Positions 1 through 11,043 of a stretch of DNA of 45,555 nt are shown here, piece after piece. A program made the position numbers and the translations under genes. Under the pieces are notes generated by a model. The model was not told where the DNA came from, did no database searches, and saw only the letters and a list, made by a program, of their open reading frames with translations. Within the stretch, counting starts at the first letter, position 1, and every line of letters starts with the position of its first letter. The DNA comes from Octopus bimaculoides (taxonomy: Eukaryota). The stretch lies in contig NC_068995.1 of NCBI RefSeq assembly GCF_001194135.2, positions 16,720,089 through 16,765,643 of the forward strand. The letters run 5' to 3'.

Positions 1-46
1 AAAACTGTCCGATGAACGGGAACGTGAAACTCAGAGTAACAATTTT
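1..46 (+). ncRNA. Type I minimal hammerhead ribozyme motif, core-mutated (CCGAUGA)
   Basis: Stem I AAAACTGT(1-8)/ACAATTTT(39-46), 7 of 8 pairs. Core CCGATGA (9-15; U4 changed to C). Stem II ACG-GGAA-CGT. GAAA at 26-29. Palindromic helix III ACTC-A-GAGT. Cleavage triplet GTA (36-38). AATAAA at 71-76. The element is cut by the window edge. Confidence 0.65.
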
Positions 47-599
47 TTTGTTATATTTCTGCTGCTTTTAAATAAAGTATATATATATACATACATATAT
101 ATATATTAATATATATTTATATATATATATATATATATATGTTCTCTTGTTTTTAATTATATAGTAATTTTTTGTTCCACCAAACCGGTTCTTTCTCCAA
201 TGGCAAAACATCTTGGAATAAAACTGAATAATGACATGCATACATACATATATACATACTTATGACCGCTAAGTCAAATTTTATTGGAATGAAAATTGCG
301 TTTCCATTCCAATAAGAGGAGATAGCTGCGAAATACTTAATAAACAAAAGTGACAATGAAGCCCTTGAAGCTCCAAGATTCAACCGAAAATAATGATTGT
401 ATCATATTTCTGTGAAATACACCACGCATGTGATTTACAGCTGCCCCAAAATATCATCAAAGTACGACATCCGTATGTACTTTATTTTGTGAATAACGCC
501 CAAGTGATAATGTGGATAAGCTAAGGTTTTCAGAAAAAGAGATCAACCGACTGACTCTTGCATTACAAATACAAGCTGTAAGTATAATATTAAAAATAC

Positions 600-765
600 A
601 CAAGACTTTTCTGAAGTATAAAATGTGACATTATTTTCGTTGTCTACATTCCAACGATGAAGCTTTGTATCTTTGCTAGAAAACATCTCCTTCTTCAGAG
701 GAAGAATAATTAAATAATTAGTATCACCAAAAAGACATTGCTGAAGTTTAAGCCGTAATAATATA
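600..765 (-). CDS. Candidate exon G of a divergent LIVBP/ANF_receptor-domain receptor (end of ATD)
   Basis: Open frame ILLRLKLQQCLFGDTNYLIILPLKKEMFSSKDTKLHRWNVDN resembles the iGluR ATD end (GluA2-type LKQVQVEG...NYTINIMELK...KIGYW). Acceptors at 765 (tcttctag, phase 2) or 740 (cttcag, phase 0). Donor not resolved. Confidence 0.35.
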
Positions 766-1269
766 CTAGAAGACAGTTGCTCAATGATCCGCACAGTAAG
801 ATAAATATCGCAACCACATTATTGAAAAGCAAATTTCTTAACCACACGACTAAAATTACACCAATGTTCAAATTCTTGACATTGGCAAAATATTTTACTG
901 AACGCTAACGTTTAAAGACAAAACATGATTAGATAAAGAGGGAAACAACCTCGTTAGCATTTTCCTGATAATTATAGATTCTGTTCATTTTTAGCCGCCC
1001 TCCCATCGCCTCACTAACAAATAATTAATGTCGAGCTATCAAGTTGTCTTTTAGCCGCTGCCTTCTAGAATGATTTGGGGCAATATCTGTTTTAAAATTG
1101 AATTCTTTCTGCTTATTTTTTAAATTGGTTTATATTTTAGTTTCGTATATCTGCATTAAAACACACACACTACTGATAAAAAAAAAGTAAATGTAAACAT
1201 ATATTTAAGGTTTAATCATAGTTTATCGATTTATCTATCACTAAGAAATAGAGTGGGTCAATCAATCAT

Positions 1270-2330
1270 CTCTGTTGTTGTCGTTATTGTTGTAGTTAAT
1301 GTCTTCAATTTGGTTTTACGTGGCCTACATTTCTTGTCATTGGTGATTTTTATAATTTTTGCGGATAGCACATTCTGGTGATTTCTTGCTTCTGAATTGA
1401 ATTTTGGTAATTTTCAAGTCGAGATGTTATATACTTCTCAGAACTTTACTCCAGGCTGTTTATGTGTACTGTTATCTCTATAGTTTGAGCTTTTTCGTTT
1501 CAAGTATCACGAAAAACCTTCTCAGTAAATGGGGTTATTTTTCCTTCGTTTCTGTGAAAGATTTGTGTTTTCCTTATTTCGTCTTGTCTCTCATGCAGTT
1601 TATTAGCAATATTAATTATGTCTTTAATTTCGAGCTCACAAACCTCTATGAAGTAGCTGATAAATTGATAAAACGCCATTAGATATATTTCTTTAGTGTT
1701 TGAATGCAAGTATCTTTTGCCCATAATATAAATCCAAGGTAAAATATAATCTGTCCACATTTGCATTATTGTCGAAATTTCCAGTAACATTGAGTTTCTC
1801 AGTTCTGACATTCATCTCTTTACGTTGCTATCGTGGCCAGTACAGAACGCCTAGAATAGGTGCCAGGATAGGCACTAAAGTGTTATTACGAGCAATATGC
1901 GTGTTCTTCTAAACTTATCTCACTCTCTTGATAAATTTATTTATTACTCTCTCTTATTAATGTTTAAGATATTTGTAGTTCTTAAGTGGATGAAACAGTT
2001 GTATTGTTAAGCCTTAAGTATATAGGATTTTGAAGCGGATAAACAACTTTTGTTCGGCTTGCCTCGAAAACTGCATATATGGAGTTACATAAATTCATTC
2101 TGTGGAACATTGAGCAATGAAATCCAATTGACGTTTTTTAAGTCGTTCATACTTGAATTATACGAATTCAATAAGTCTCAGTGAAGGAAAGACATGTTTC
2201 TAGACTCATTTCTATAAACTCTGCATTTTGTGAGCTATTTTGATAACGGGTTGAACACAAGAACAAAGACCAGTGTCGACGTTTCATCCCCTTGTAGGAT
2301 GCCTTTTGTTAATTTATGGTTTCATTTGAT
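1270..2330 (-). mobile_element. Decayed R4/Dong-like non-LTR retrotransposon fragment (RT and downstream region)
   Basis: GILQGDETSTLVFVLVFNPLS at ~2303-2240 (QGD motif), MNDLK at ~2150-2136 (xDD motif), HQNVLSAKIIKITNDKKCR at ~1390-1320. Many stops and frameshifts. Ends in an (ACA/ATA)-like tail. Confidence 0.7.
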
Positions 2331-2945
2331 TTGTTATCTCTATAACGGGAGATACAACAGCTACCAGTCGATATAGAACTGTGACATAATTCTAGAAATA
2401 ACAGCCGAATTACTTATGAAGTCACGTCTTAACATTGTAAAACAAGGAAGGACATTGAATAACGTAATCCTGGGTATAGTGTTTAAAAATAAAATGGGAT
2501 AGTCATAGCTGAAATCCTTTGATCATTAGTTTGCTTGATCGGATTTACCCAGGGGCGAAATAATAATAAGAGCTAAACGATGAAACGAAGTCAGTTAAAC
2601 GAAAAACGAAATGCTTTAGAAATACATTGACACAAATAGGTCCATATAGTAAAAGAATTTCTCTTAGATATTGTTAACTATAATAGTTAGTAGTTCGAAA
2701 ATATAGTCAATTACTGGCCACTTCTGAAGAGAAACAATTTCCTTTCTTTTTCAACCGTTAACATTTTGATTAATATTGTTTCACATATTTCTATTTCTTC
2801 CAATTATATAATGGAATAGAATAGGAATAGAAAGAAAGAAAAGGGAGAGGAGAGGGTATATTGAACGAGTTGTGTTTCTTTAAATCTAGAGCAATCTCTC
2901 GTGTGATAACATAACAGATACAGAAACAATATGGCTGTGCATTAC

Positions 2946-3113
2946 TTGTAAAAGCAACGTTTTCAGATTAAAATGTATCTGATGCAATGCTATTTCCTGG
3001 CAGCTAAAGGAATAGTTTTCAAAAATTATTTGCACATAAATAACTCGAATCTTCAAAGTTCGATTTTCAATCTTATTGGAAGCAACGCTAAGATCAATAA
3101 GATCTCGTTTCAC
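2946..3113 (-). CDS. Candidate exon F of the same receptor (56 codons, phase 0-0)
   Basis: Acceptor tttttacctcag, donor CAA|gtaatg. Open: VKRDLIDLSVASNKIENRTLKIRVIYVQIIFENYSFSCQEIALHQIHFNLKTLLLQ. Phase matches exon E. Confidence 0.45.
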
Positions 3114-3189
3114 CTGAGGTAAAAAGCTATTAGTTATTCTAATCGACACCGTGTTGCAGGTAAGGTATCCAAAGAACTGCAATATGGAT

Positions 3190-3584
3190 ACATGCCTAAA
3201 AACTCGAGTGTGTATACATGTGTATGTATATGTAAGAATGCATATGTATATGTGTGTGTATGTGTCTGTGCACGAACATATATATTATATATATATATAA
3301 TATAAATTTACATATATAACCATGCACACACATACACACATATGTACATATACATATACCTATATTTTTACATTTACACGCATATCGGCCTTCATTCACA
3401 TACATACATTTGCATATATACGCATATACATAAACACATACACACGTGCATATATATTGGATGTATACATATATGTTTATACATACACGCACAGACACAC
3501 GCACACACACACACCCACATACACACAAACACACACACACTCTTTCTCTCTCTTATACACATGCATAGACACGCACAGACGCAC
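3190..3584. repeat. Compound (TA)n/(CA)n microsatellite
   Basis: Direct reading. Explains the ORFs at 3196-3650. Confidence 0.95.
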
Positions 3585-3662
3585 CCACTTATATGTAATT
3601 TTCCAGAAATAACCATTTTCAATTCGATTCGTTGTAATCCCCGTGGCTAAAGTTGTTGCTGC
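3585..3662 (-). CDS. Candidate exon E (26 codons, phase 0-0)
   Basis: Acceptor tttctgttctctcttccag, donor TGG|gtgcgt. AATTLATGITTNRIENGYFWKITYKW contains a GY-x-W motif like the A..lG...gY.Wi motif of LIVBP-like domains. Confidence 0.45.
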
Positions 3663-4586
3663 CTGGAAGAGAGAACAGAAACTACTCTCTTGATGAACTA
3701 CCCAGCAAGCCTGCTGACATCAACGTAGCAGGACAGAGAAACCAGCTTGGTGGGACACAGCCTGGATTTTACAGCCTGTCAAATGGCGAAATGGTTTTCA
3801 ATTTTCTTTTGACAACTTTCATATTTTCTTTTCAATAGCATATCGTTTCGGGAGCAAAGATCTTTTCCTTTCTCTGTCTCTGTCTCTCTCTCTCTCTCTT
3901 TATTCCTCTCTTTGTTACTTCTTTCTTTCTTTTGATTATTTATATTGAAATAATTCATTTGAACTTCCACCCCTTCCTGTCGCAAGCCAATTTTATATTT
4001 AACTACCTGACACAGAGATGTGTTATGGCGAAGCATTTACTAGCTCAGTCTTTTCTTTGGCTTTTCTTTACAACTTTTGTTCTTTCTCTCTTTCCCATAT
4101 CTGCATGCGAATCGCATGTGACATGTGAAAGAGAAAACAAATCGGAATATAGAGGAGTCTTCTTCAATTCCTGAATATAGTTTATATTAAAAATATTATA
4201 ACAACAACAACAACGACAACNNNNNNNNNNNNNNNNNNNNNNNNNNNNNNNNNNNNNNNNNNNNNNNNNNNNNNNNNNNNNNNNNNNNNNNNNNNNNNNN
4301 NNNNNNNNNNNNNNNNNNNNNNNNNNNNNNNNNNNNNNNNNNNNNNNNNNNNNNNNNNNNNNNNNNNNNNNNNNNNNNNNNNNNNNNNNNNNNNNNNNNN
4401 NNNNNNNNNNNNNNNNNNNNNNNNNNNNNNNNNNNNNNNNNNNNNNNNNNNNNNNNNNNNNNNNNNNNNNNNNNNNNNNNNNNNNNNNNNNNNNNNNNNN
4501 NNNNNNNNNNNNNNNNNNNNNNNNNNNNNNNNNNNNNNNNNNNNNNNNNNNNNNNNNNNNNNNNNNNNNNATATATATATATATAC

Positions 4587-4640
4587 TTCTCTCTCTTTTA
4601 TGTCTTCTTTGCTGTTGCTGCAAAGAAGATATGAAAGCCG
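4587..4640 (-). CDS. Candidate exon D (18 codons, phase 0-0)
   Basis: Acceptor cctatttctgtctgtctcaag (AAG, weaker), donor GAA|gtatat. RLSYLLCSNSKEDIKERE resembles GluA2-type RRVILDCERDKVNDI. Confidence 0.35.
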
Positions 4641-4884
4641 CTTGAGACAGACAGAAATAGGTACGTAAAATTTAAGCAGTGACAACCTTAACGTCGCTAA
4701 TAACTTAGCAAGACGTCTATTTTGATGTCTCGCATCAATACTTCAGGTACCCCACCCACCTGTTTTTTTGTCCTTAATATATTTTGACCTTAATATATTA
4801 ATATTCTTTAACCACCTTCGTCGTTACATTAAAATATGTACCAGTAATATTGGTTTCCGGTTTGGGTACAAAGCCAGCAATTTT

Positions 4885-5062
4885 CGGCGGAGGGGTAAGT
4901 CGATTACAGCAACCCCAGTGTTCATCTCGTACTTATTTAATCGATTCCGTAAGAATAAAAAGCAAAATCGACCTTGATGGAATTTGAACTCGGAGAATAA
5001 AGACGATTGAAATGCCGTGAAGCATTTTTCCCGGCGTGCTAATGACTCTGCCAGCTCACCAC
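4885..5062 (-). mobile_element. SINE family C copy
   Basis: Shares gagttcaaattcc..gtcgactttgcc..ggggtcgat..ttgctggccttgtgcc with the copies at 6700, 17145 and 40465. Confidence 0.8.
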
Positions 5063-5094
5063 CTTATGTACCCGTAATATTATGTGTTTAAGTA

Positions 5095-5250
5095 GAGCAG
5101 AAAATTGGAGGAATCGTTACTGCGCCGGACAAAATCATTATCAGCTTTTCTTACAGCTCGTTACATCCTAAGTTCATATTCCACCGAGCACTAGGATTGA
5201 TCTCACCTCTAAAACTGCAGGCTTTGTGCCAAAAGATAGAAATCGTCATT
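5095..5250 (+). mobile_element. SINE family C copy, diverged and internally deleted
   Basis: gaatcgttactgcgccggac head and ggctttgtgccaaaa tail. Confidence 0.55.
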
Positions 5251-5479
5251 CGGTTTAACATCATCATTTTGATACCTTCCTTACTCTCTTCGATCTGTCT
5301 CAGAGAGCCAATAAGATCGAAGGGCTCTACATTCCTTCATGACTAAAAAAGAGAACACAAAACCAAAATGAAACAATCAAAACTTAGGTGATTTTACATG
5401 GAAAATTTTATTAAAAAAACCACCAGTCTCTCTTCTCTTATTAATTTTTGCTGAATCACACCCTTGAACATAACTACTG

Positions 5480-6690
5480 CAGCCATCTTTGCAGTTGTTG
5501 CTAGTACTAAGTTGTTGCTAGTACTAAGTTGTTGTTGTTCTTGTTGTTGTTACTGAAACTACTGTATCCACTGCAGTTGTGCACATACTGTTGTGTTTGT
5601 GGATATTACTGTTATAGCTCCCGTTTCTGCATTACGCTTGTCGCTTGCTTTACTAAAGTTGATTCGCAGCTATTGTTACAGTTGCTGAGTTACTTCTTTT
5701 GCAGCCGCTTATATTTCTGGGGTTGATGTTGGTATTATTGCCGTTGGTGTCGCTGTTACTGCTGTTACCGCTGGTACTTTAGATGTGGTGGAGGCCCAAT
5801 GGCCCAGTAGCTAGGGCAGCGGACTTGCGGTCATAGGATCGCGGTTTCGATTCCAAGACCGGGTGTTGTGAGTGTTTATTGAGCGAAAACACCTAAAAGC
5901 TCCACGAGGCTCCGGCAGGGGATGGTAGCGAACCCTGCTGTACTCTTCCACCACAACTTTCTCTCACTCTTACTTCCTGTTTCTGTTGTGCCTGTAATTC
6001 AAAGGGTCAGCCTTGTCACACTCTGTGTCACGCTGAATATCCCCGAGAGCTACGTTAGGGGTACACGTGTCTGTGGAGTGCTCAGCCACTTGCACCTTAA
6101 TTTCACGAGCAGGCTGTTCCGTTGATCGGATCGACTGGAACCCTCGACGTCGTAAGCGACGGAGTGCCAACAACGACTTTAGATGTGATTCGTGTTGTTG
6201 CTGATGTCACTGCTGCACGAATTTCTGAAAATACTTCTGTTCCTGCTGATGCCATTGTTGTCATGTTGTTTTTGTTGTTGTTGTTGTCCAAGCGTTGCTG
6301 ACGCTAGTAAATAGGCGCAGTTGTCGCTAATGTTATTGATGTTTCTGTTATGGCTTCTGTTGCCGTTGCAGATGTGTCGCTTTTGCCGTCGTTGCGGATA
6401 TTACCGATAGCACTGCTGTTGCTGATGTCGCTACTGTTATTTATTGTAATTACTGTCGCAGTTGCTGAAGTTACTGGTTTTGTTGCTTTGTGCTACAGTC
6501 ACCACCGCAGCTGCAGTCTTCCTGCTGCCGCTGCCGCTTTAACTGTTGTTGTCGCTGCTGGTACCCCTTGTTCTTGTCGTTGTTGCTGTTGTCACTGTTG
6601 TTGCTCTTACCACTATTACTGCCTTTGTGAACGCTGCTAGTGTTGCTTCAGACGCCCCTACTGTGTTCATAGTTAATATTCTCCATCGTA
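5480..6690. repeat. Degenerate (GTT/GCT)n low-complexity tract interrupted by a SINE
   Basis: Direct reading. Gives spurious poly-L/V/A ORFs. Confidence 0.85.
5788..6175 (+). mobile_element. Full-length tRNA-derived SINE (family A) with 12-bp target-site duplication
   Basis: A-box TGGCCCAGTAG and B-box GGTTTCGATTCC. Central core ccttgtcacactc...agccacttgcac...ttcacgagcaggctgtt. ACTTTAGATGTG repeated at 5776-5787 and 6176-6187. Confidence 0.9.
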
Positions 6691-6699
6691 AAGACCGCA

Positions 6700-7100
6700 A
6701 GCTGGCAGAATCTTTAGCACGTCAGGCGAAATGCTTAGCGGTATTTCGTCTGCCGTCACGCTCTGAGTTCAAATTCCGCCGATGTCGACTTTGCCTTTCA
6801 TCCGATCGGGGTCGATAAATTAAGTACCAGTTACGCACTGGGGTCGATGTTATCGACTTAATACTTTCGTCTGTCCTTGTTTGTCCCCTCTATGTTTAGT
6901 CCCTTGTGGACAATAATGAAATAAGAATCGTTAGCTCGCTGGGTGAAGTGCTTAGCGGCATTTCGTCCGTCTTCCCGTTCAGAGTTCAAATTCCGCCGAG
7001 GCCGACTTTATCTTTCATCCTTTCGGGGCCGATAAATCAAGTACCTGCTGAGCACTGAGGTCCCCCAAAATTGCTGGCCTTGTGCCAAAATCTGAAATCA
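6700..7100 (+). mobile_element. Two tandem SINE family C copies
   Basis: Repeated gcttagcgg(t/c)atttcgtc...gagttcaaattccgccga units starting at ~6705 and ~6925. Confidence 0.85.
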
Positions 7101-7337
7101 GTATTCTCAACCATAATGTTTTTCTTTAGTTTCTAACTGATGACAATTTTGTTTTCAGTGATCCTTCTTTGTAATGTTTTGACAGTTTGCAAAGCTTACG
7201 ACTAACCTATTCTTAGATTGAATAGAAAAGGTTCTCTCTGTCCTAGAAAAAACCACACAGAGATATAGAATAAGGTCATTGATTATTTAGTTATTCATTT
7301 TATATTGAAATTAATGAACAATAACGTCGTTGCTTAC

Positions 7338-7401
7338 ATGTTTCCAACAGATCAAACTCTGGTTCATTGAATATCTGACGGTTTGATCTATAAGGCATTG
7401 T
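7338..7401 (-). CDS. Candidate exon C (64 nt, phase 2-0)
   Basis: Acceptor tttgttctgcatcgagttctacag, donor CAT|gtaagc. (E)QCLIDQTVRYSMNQSLICWKH has the same D-x5-S-x2-Q spacing as GluA2 LYDSDRGLSTLQ. Phase matches exon B. Confidence 0.4.
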
Positions 7402-7495
7402 CTGTAGAACTCGATGCAGAACAAATCACACACAAGGTACTTTTATTGGAAATCATTCGTTTTCGGTTTTCATGCCAGTGTTCACAACTACTACC

Positions 7496-7533
<38 letters not shown>

Positions 7534-7730
7534 TAAAGTGTACTCGAAGGCAAGTTACCAAATAATTTGGGGTCGCAAACATGCATCAAACACCATATTG
7601 TTTTTTTTTTTTACTCCAATACAAAGATGTAACCCCAGTTTGTAAACGGTAACGCTTGAATATATGTAAAGGTTATACATACCATTAACATTTTCTGCTT
7701 TTCTTATCACGGTACACTCGNNNNNNNNNN

Positions 7731-7792
<62 letters not shown>

Positions 7793-7872
7793 GATAGAGA
7801 AAAGGAGAGAGAGATAGAGAGAGAGAAAGAGAGAGAGAAAGAGAGAGAATGAGAGAAAGAGAGAGAGAGAGA
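7731..7872. repeat. (GA)n microsatellite
   Basis: Direct reading. Confidence 0.95.
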
Positions 7873-8999
7873 GTTAATAACTTCGTATTGTGTGTGTGTG
7901 TGTATGCACTTGTGTTTAAACCGGTTTACGCACAGTTTTCATCAATTCCATGAAATCAAATTGTGATATAATCTTTTAGCATTGTTCTTTAGTTCTAAGT
8001 TGTCTCTGACGATATTTGTGATCAAAAGCATCCCTGTCGTGATCATCCCGTAATATTTTACACAGACAGTGCACTCCGGACTACATAAATCATGTTTTTC
8101 TCTCTTTTTTTTTTACTGAAACAAAGAAAGGAAAAAGACGGTAATAAGATATAACTGCTACTCTTATGTTGATACTTCCTCATTGGTCTGTTACGAGCTG
8201 TTTTGTGTTCATCATTGTTAAGGTGCCGATACCACGTCATATACACTATAAGATTAGCCCATCCTTTACTGTTTAATTTATTGAACTATCATAACTATGA
8301 TTTCATATCGAAGAATGTTTGCTTTGATACAACCGAGGTATTTCAGCCACCGATGATTCTTTCCATCTGACGCTGGACTTCAATGACTGTTAACCAGGCC
8401 ATAGAAGACAAAAACGTTATCCTTCCTTATAACCACAAAGTAATATTCTTCCAAAGAATCTCATATACTCGTTAAGATTGAATAAATTCAACCTGTTAGG
8501 AATTTTTTTCTTTAATATTATTTAAAATATATTGAGTATCATCATAGACGGCGTTCTTCTCAACTCCATTTAAACTTAGTGGAGTTCAAACCATGCTGGT
8601 TAGAAAAAAAATCAATGTTTTTCTTATATAGAAAAAGGAGAGTAAGTAGAATTGGGTCCAGTACTTGTACTTTCTTTCTCGATCGCAACAGAACAGTAGA
8701 TAAAGTTATTGCCTGCAGGATTTGAATATTTGTAAAGTATGCTCTTTCGTACAATAATATTTATGTTGTTTATAATAATCGTTCATAGATCGAATTAGGA
8801 ATATAAAATTTCCAATGAAATCTTGTGTGTGTGTGTGTTTTGAGTGGAGAGGAGAAACCTGAAATGCAACGTTTTACTAAACAATACAACGCACCGCTCG
8901 GCCCACGAATCAAAACCACAATCTTATTATCATAAACATAACACCTTAACCACTAATCCATTCCCTTACACACGCACCGAACCCACACATTTATTTGTA

Positions 9000-9215
9000 A
9001 GGTATTCGGCTCATGATCAATAAGTCGTGAGTTCGATTCCTGGTAAAACGAGTTTTACCGTAATTCAAGAGCATAGACTTGTCACATTCTATGTCACACT
9101 AAATCTGTCTGAGAACTACATTGAGGGAACGGCTGTCTGTGGAGTACTCAGCCATTTGAACGTTAACTTCACTAGCAAGCTGTTCTATAAATCGAATACT
9201 AGTCGTCGCGACCGA
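9000..9215 (+). mobile_element. SINE family A, diverged and internally shortened
   Basis: B-box gagttcgattcc followed by the same core (cttgtcacattc...ctcagccatttgaacg..ttcactagcaagctgtt). Confidence 0.75.
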
Positions 9216-9339
9216 CAGAAAGTCAGTTGTACATATCTAGGTTTAGCGTAGCGGTGGTCTACCCTTCGGCAGGTCCTTTGCAGGAGAACCTTCTACAGTA
9301 ATCTCTATACGACATGGGAAGGCTCGTACTCTCCCCTGC

Positions 9340-9592
9340 CCGTCTTAAGTATAATACTGAAACTTTGTCTACTATACTGGAGTGGTTTCTCGTTGCCTTC
9401 TCTAGACAGCTGGAATTCGAACTCAAAATGTAGAAGCTGAAAGATATAACCATAAAGCATTTTCGCCACTCTCTCACCCGCAGAGCAACGTGAATTCAAA
9501 AGTTTTGCTCAGAAACACAAAACGCCGCCCGGTCCAGCTATCGAACCCACGATCTGACAATCATGAGTGCAACACTCGAACCATTCGGCCAC
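9340..9592 (-). mobile_element. tRNA-like SINE head plus a degenerate family C piece
   Basis: Minus strand GTGTGGCCGAATGG (A-box) ... GGGTTCGATAGC (B-box). No complete acceptor stem, so not an intact tRNA. Confidence 0.65.
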
Positions 9593-9607
9593 ACACTGTC
9601 AATTGTA

Positions 9608-9763
9608 TTATGTATATATGCATGTATGCATGCATGTATGTATGTATGTATGTATGTATGTATGTATGTATGTATGTATGCATGCATGCATGCATGTATG
9701 TATGTATGTATGTATGTATGTATATATATATACACACATGCATACTATATATATAAACATACA

Positions 9764-9798
<35 letters not shown>
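9608..9798. repeat. (TATG)n then (TA)n microsatellite abutting a gap
   Basis: Direct reading. Confidence 0.95.
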
Positions 9799-10102
9799 NN
9801 NNNNNNNNNNNNNNNNNNNNNNNNNNNNNNNNNNNNNNNNNNNNNNNNNNNNNNNNNNNNNNNNNNNNNNNNNNNNNNNNNNNNNNNNNNNNNNNNNNNN
9901 NNNNNNNNNNNNNNNNNNNNNNNNNNNNNNNNNNNNNNNNNNNNNNNNNNNNNNNNNNNNNNNNNNNNNNNNNNNNNNNNNNNNNNNNNNNNNNNNNNNN
10001 NNNNNNNNNNNNNNNNNNNNNNNNNNNNNNNNNNNNNNNNNNNNNNNNNNNNNNNNNNNNNNNNNNNNNNNNNNNNNNNNNNNNNNNNNNNNNNNNNNNN
10101 NN

Positions 10103-10133
<31 letters not shown>

Positions 10134-10989
10134 TGTATGTCCGTACGCGTAACTTTGCCTCCCCTCACGTGACTGCAACACGTCTTAAGCACACATACAC
10201 ATATATACAGAAATATCCATAAAGACAAACTGCAATTCTCACCGGGAGGAAAATCACAAGGATATAAATGGCTATTTGTTGACTGTCTGTTTTGAGGCTA
10301 CTGTCCCTCTAGATGTAACTTATTGAAAACAAGATTTCTTTGTATCCTCTCCTGAGTATTTCCTGTTGTATAGACACTTCTGGATTTTGGCTCAATAATT
10401 GCCGGAAGCTGTCTCTATAGCTATCATTTGACGTGCCATCTCCTTAGCCTCACCGCTCTGAACTTTATAAAACTTCACATGCTGAAAGCAACGTGTATTC
10501 ACTCACTTTGAAAATCTCAATTAGTAATAAAAACAGTAACAGCAACAACAACAAGTACGACGGCTGCGAAAACAAAATCTATTACATTTTATTTAAATGA
10601 ATGTGATGGATAAGCAGACGCAATTCCAAAATTTAATGTTCAAATGGAATAAGTTGTTAAAATGGATCACTGAGCAATTGGTTTTATTGAAATAAATTCT
10701 TTACAAACCTTAATTTCGTTCTTTTTTTTCTAATTTATTTTCCGCATTATATAATCTAGTTTGGTGAAATATTCGTAATTCACAAATAACAGACATTCAC
10801 ATATACGTATGTATATGATACACAGAAACGAGCATACACACATGTGCGTGTGTTTTTGTGTATGTATGTGTGTGTATCACATGACGCAACAAGGCTTAAT
10901 GGTTAAGTTTGTTTGCAATTACGAGGCCTCAGGTTCAATCCTGCTTTAAGGCATGCTGGAAATGTATCTTTTATCGTAAATTCGAGTAT

Positions 10990-11025
<36 letters not shown>

Positions 11026-11043
11026 GTATATATANNNNNNNNN

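Noticed and set aside
153-575. Further minus-strand exon candidates (CICNARVSRLISF...; AISSYWNGNAIF...)
   Set aside because: Phases and intron lengths do not fit exon G. The segment ttgcca.t.gagaaagaaccggttt also occurs at ~13633, so part of it is a repeat.
2967-3118. Plus-strand exon-like reading IKMYLMQCYFLAAKG... with ttttcag acceptor and AG|gtaaaa donor
   Set aside because: Overlaps candidate exon F on the opposite strand, has no compatible neighbours and no recognisable motif.
5790-5865. tRNA genes at SINE heads (also 9520-9592, 21690-21740, 25860-25925)
   Set aside because: A and B boxes are present but there is no complete cloverleaf, and each runs into a SINE body.
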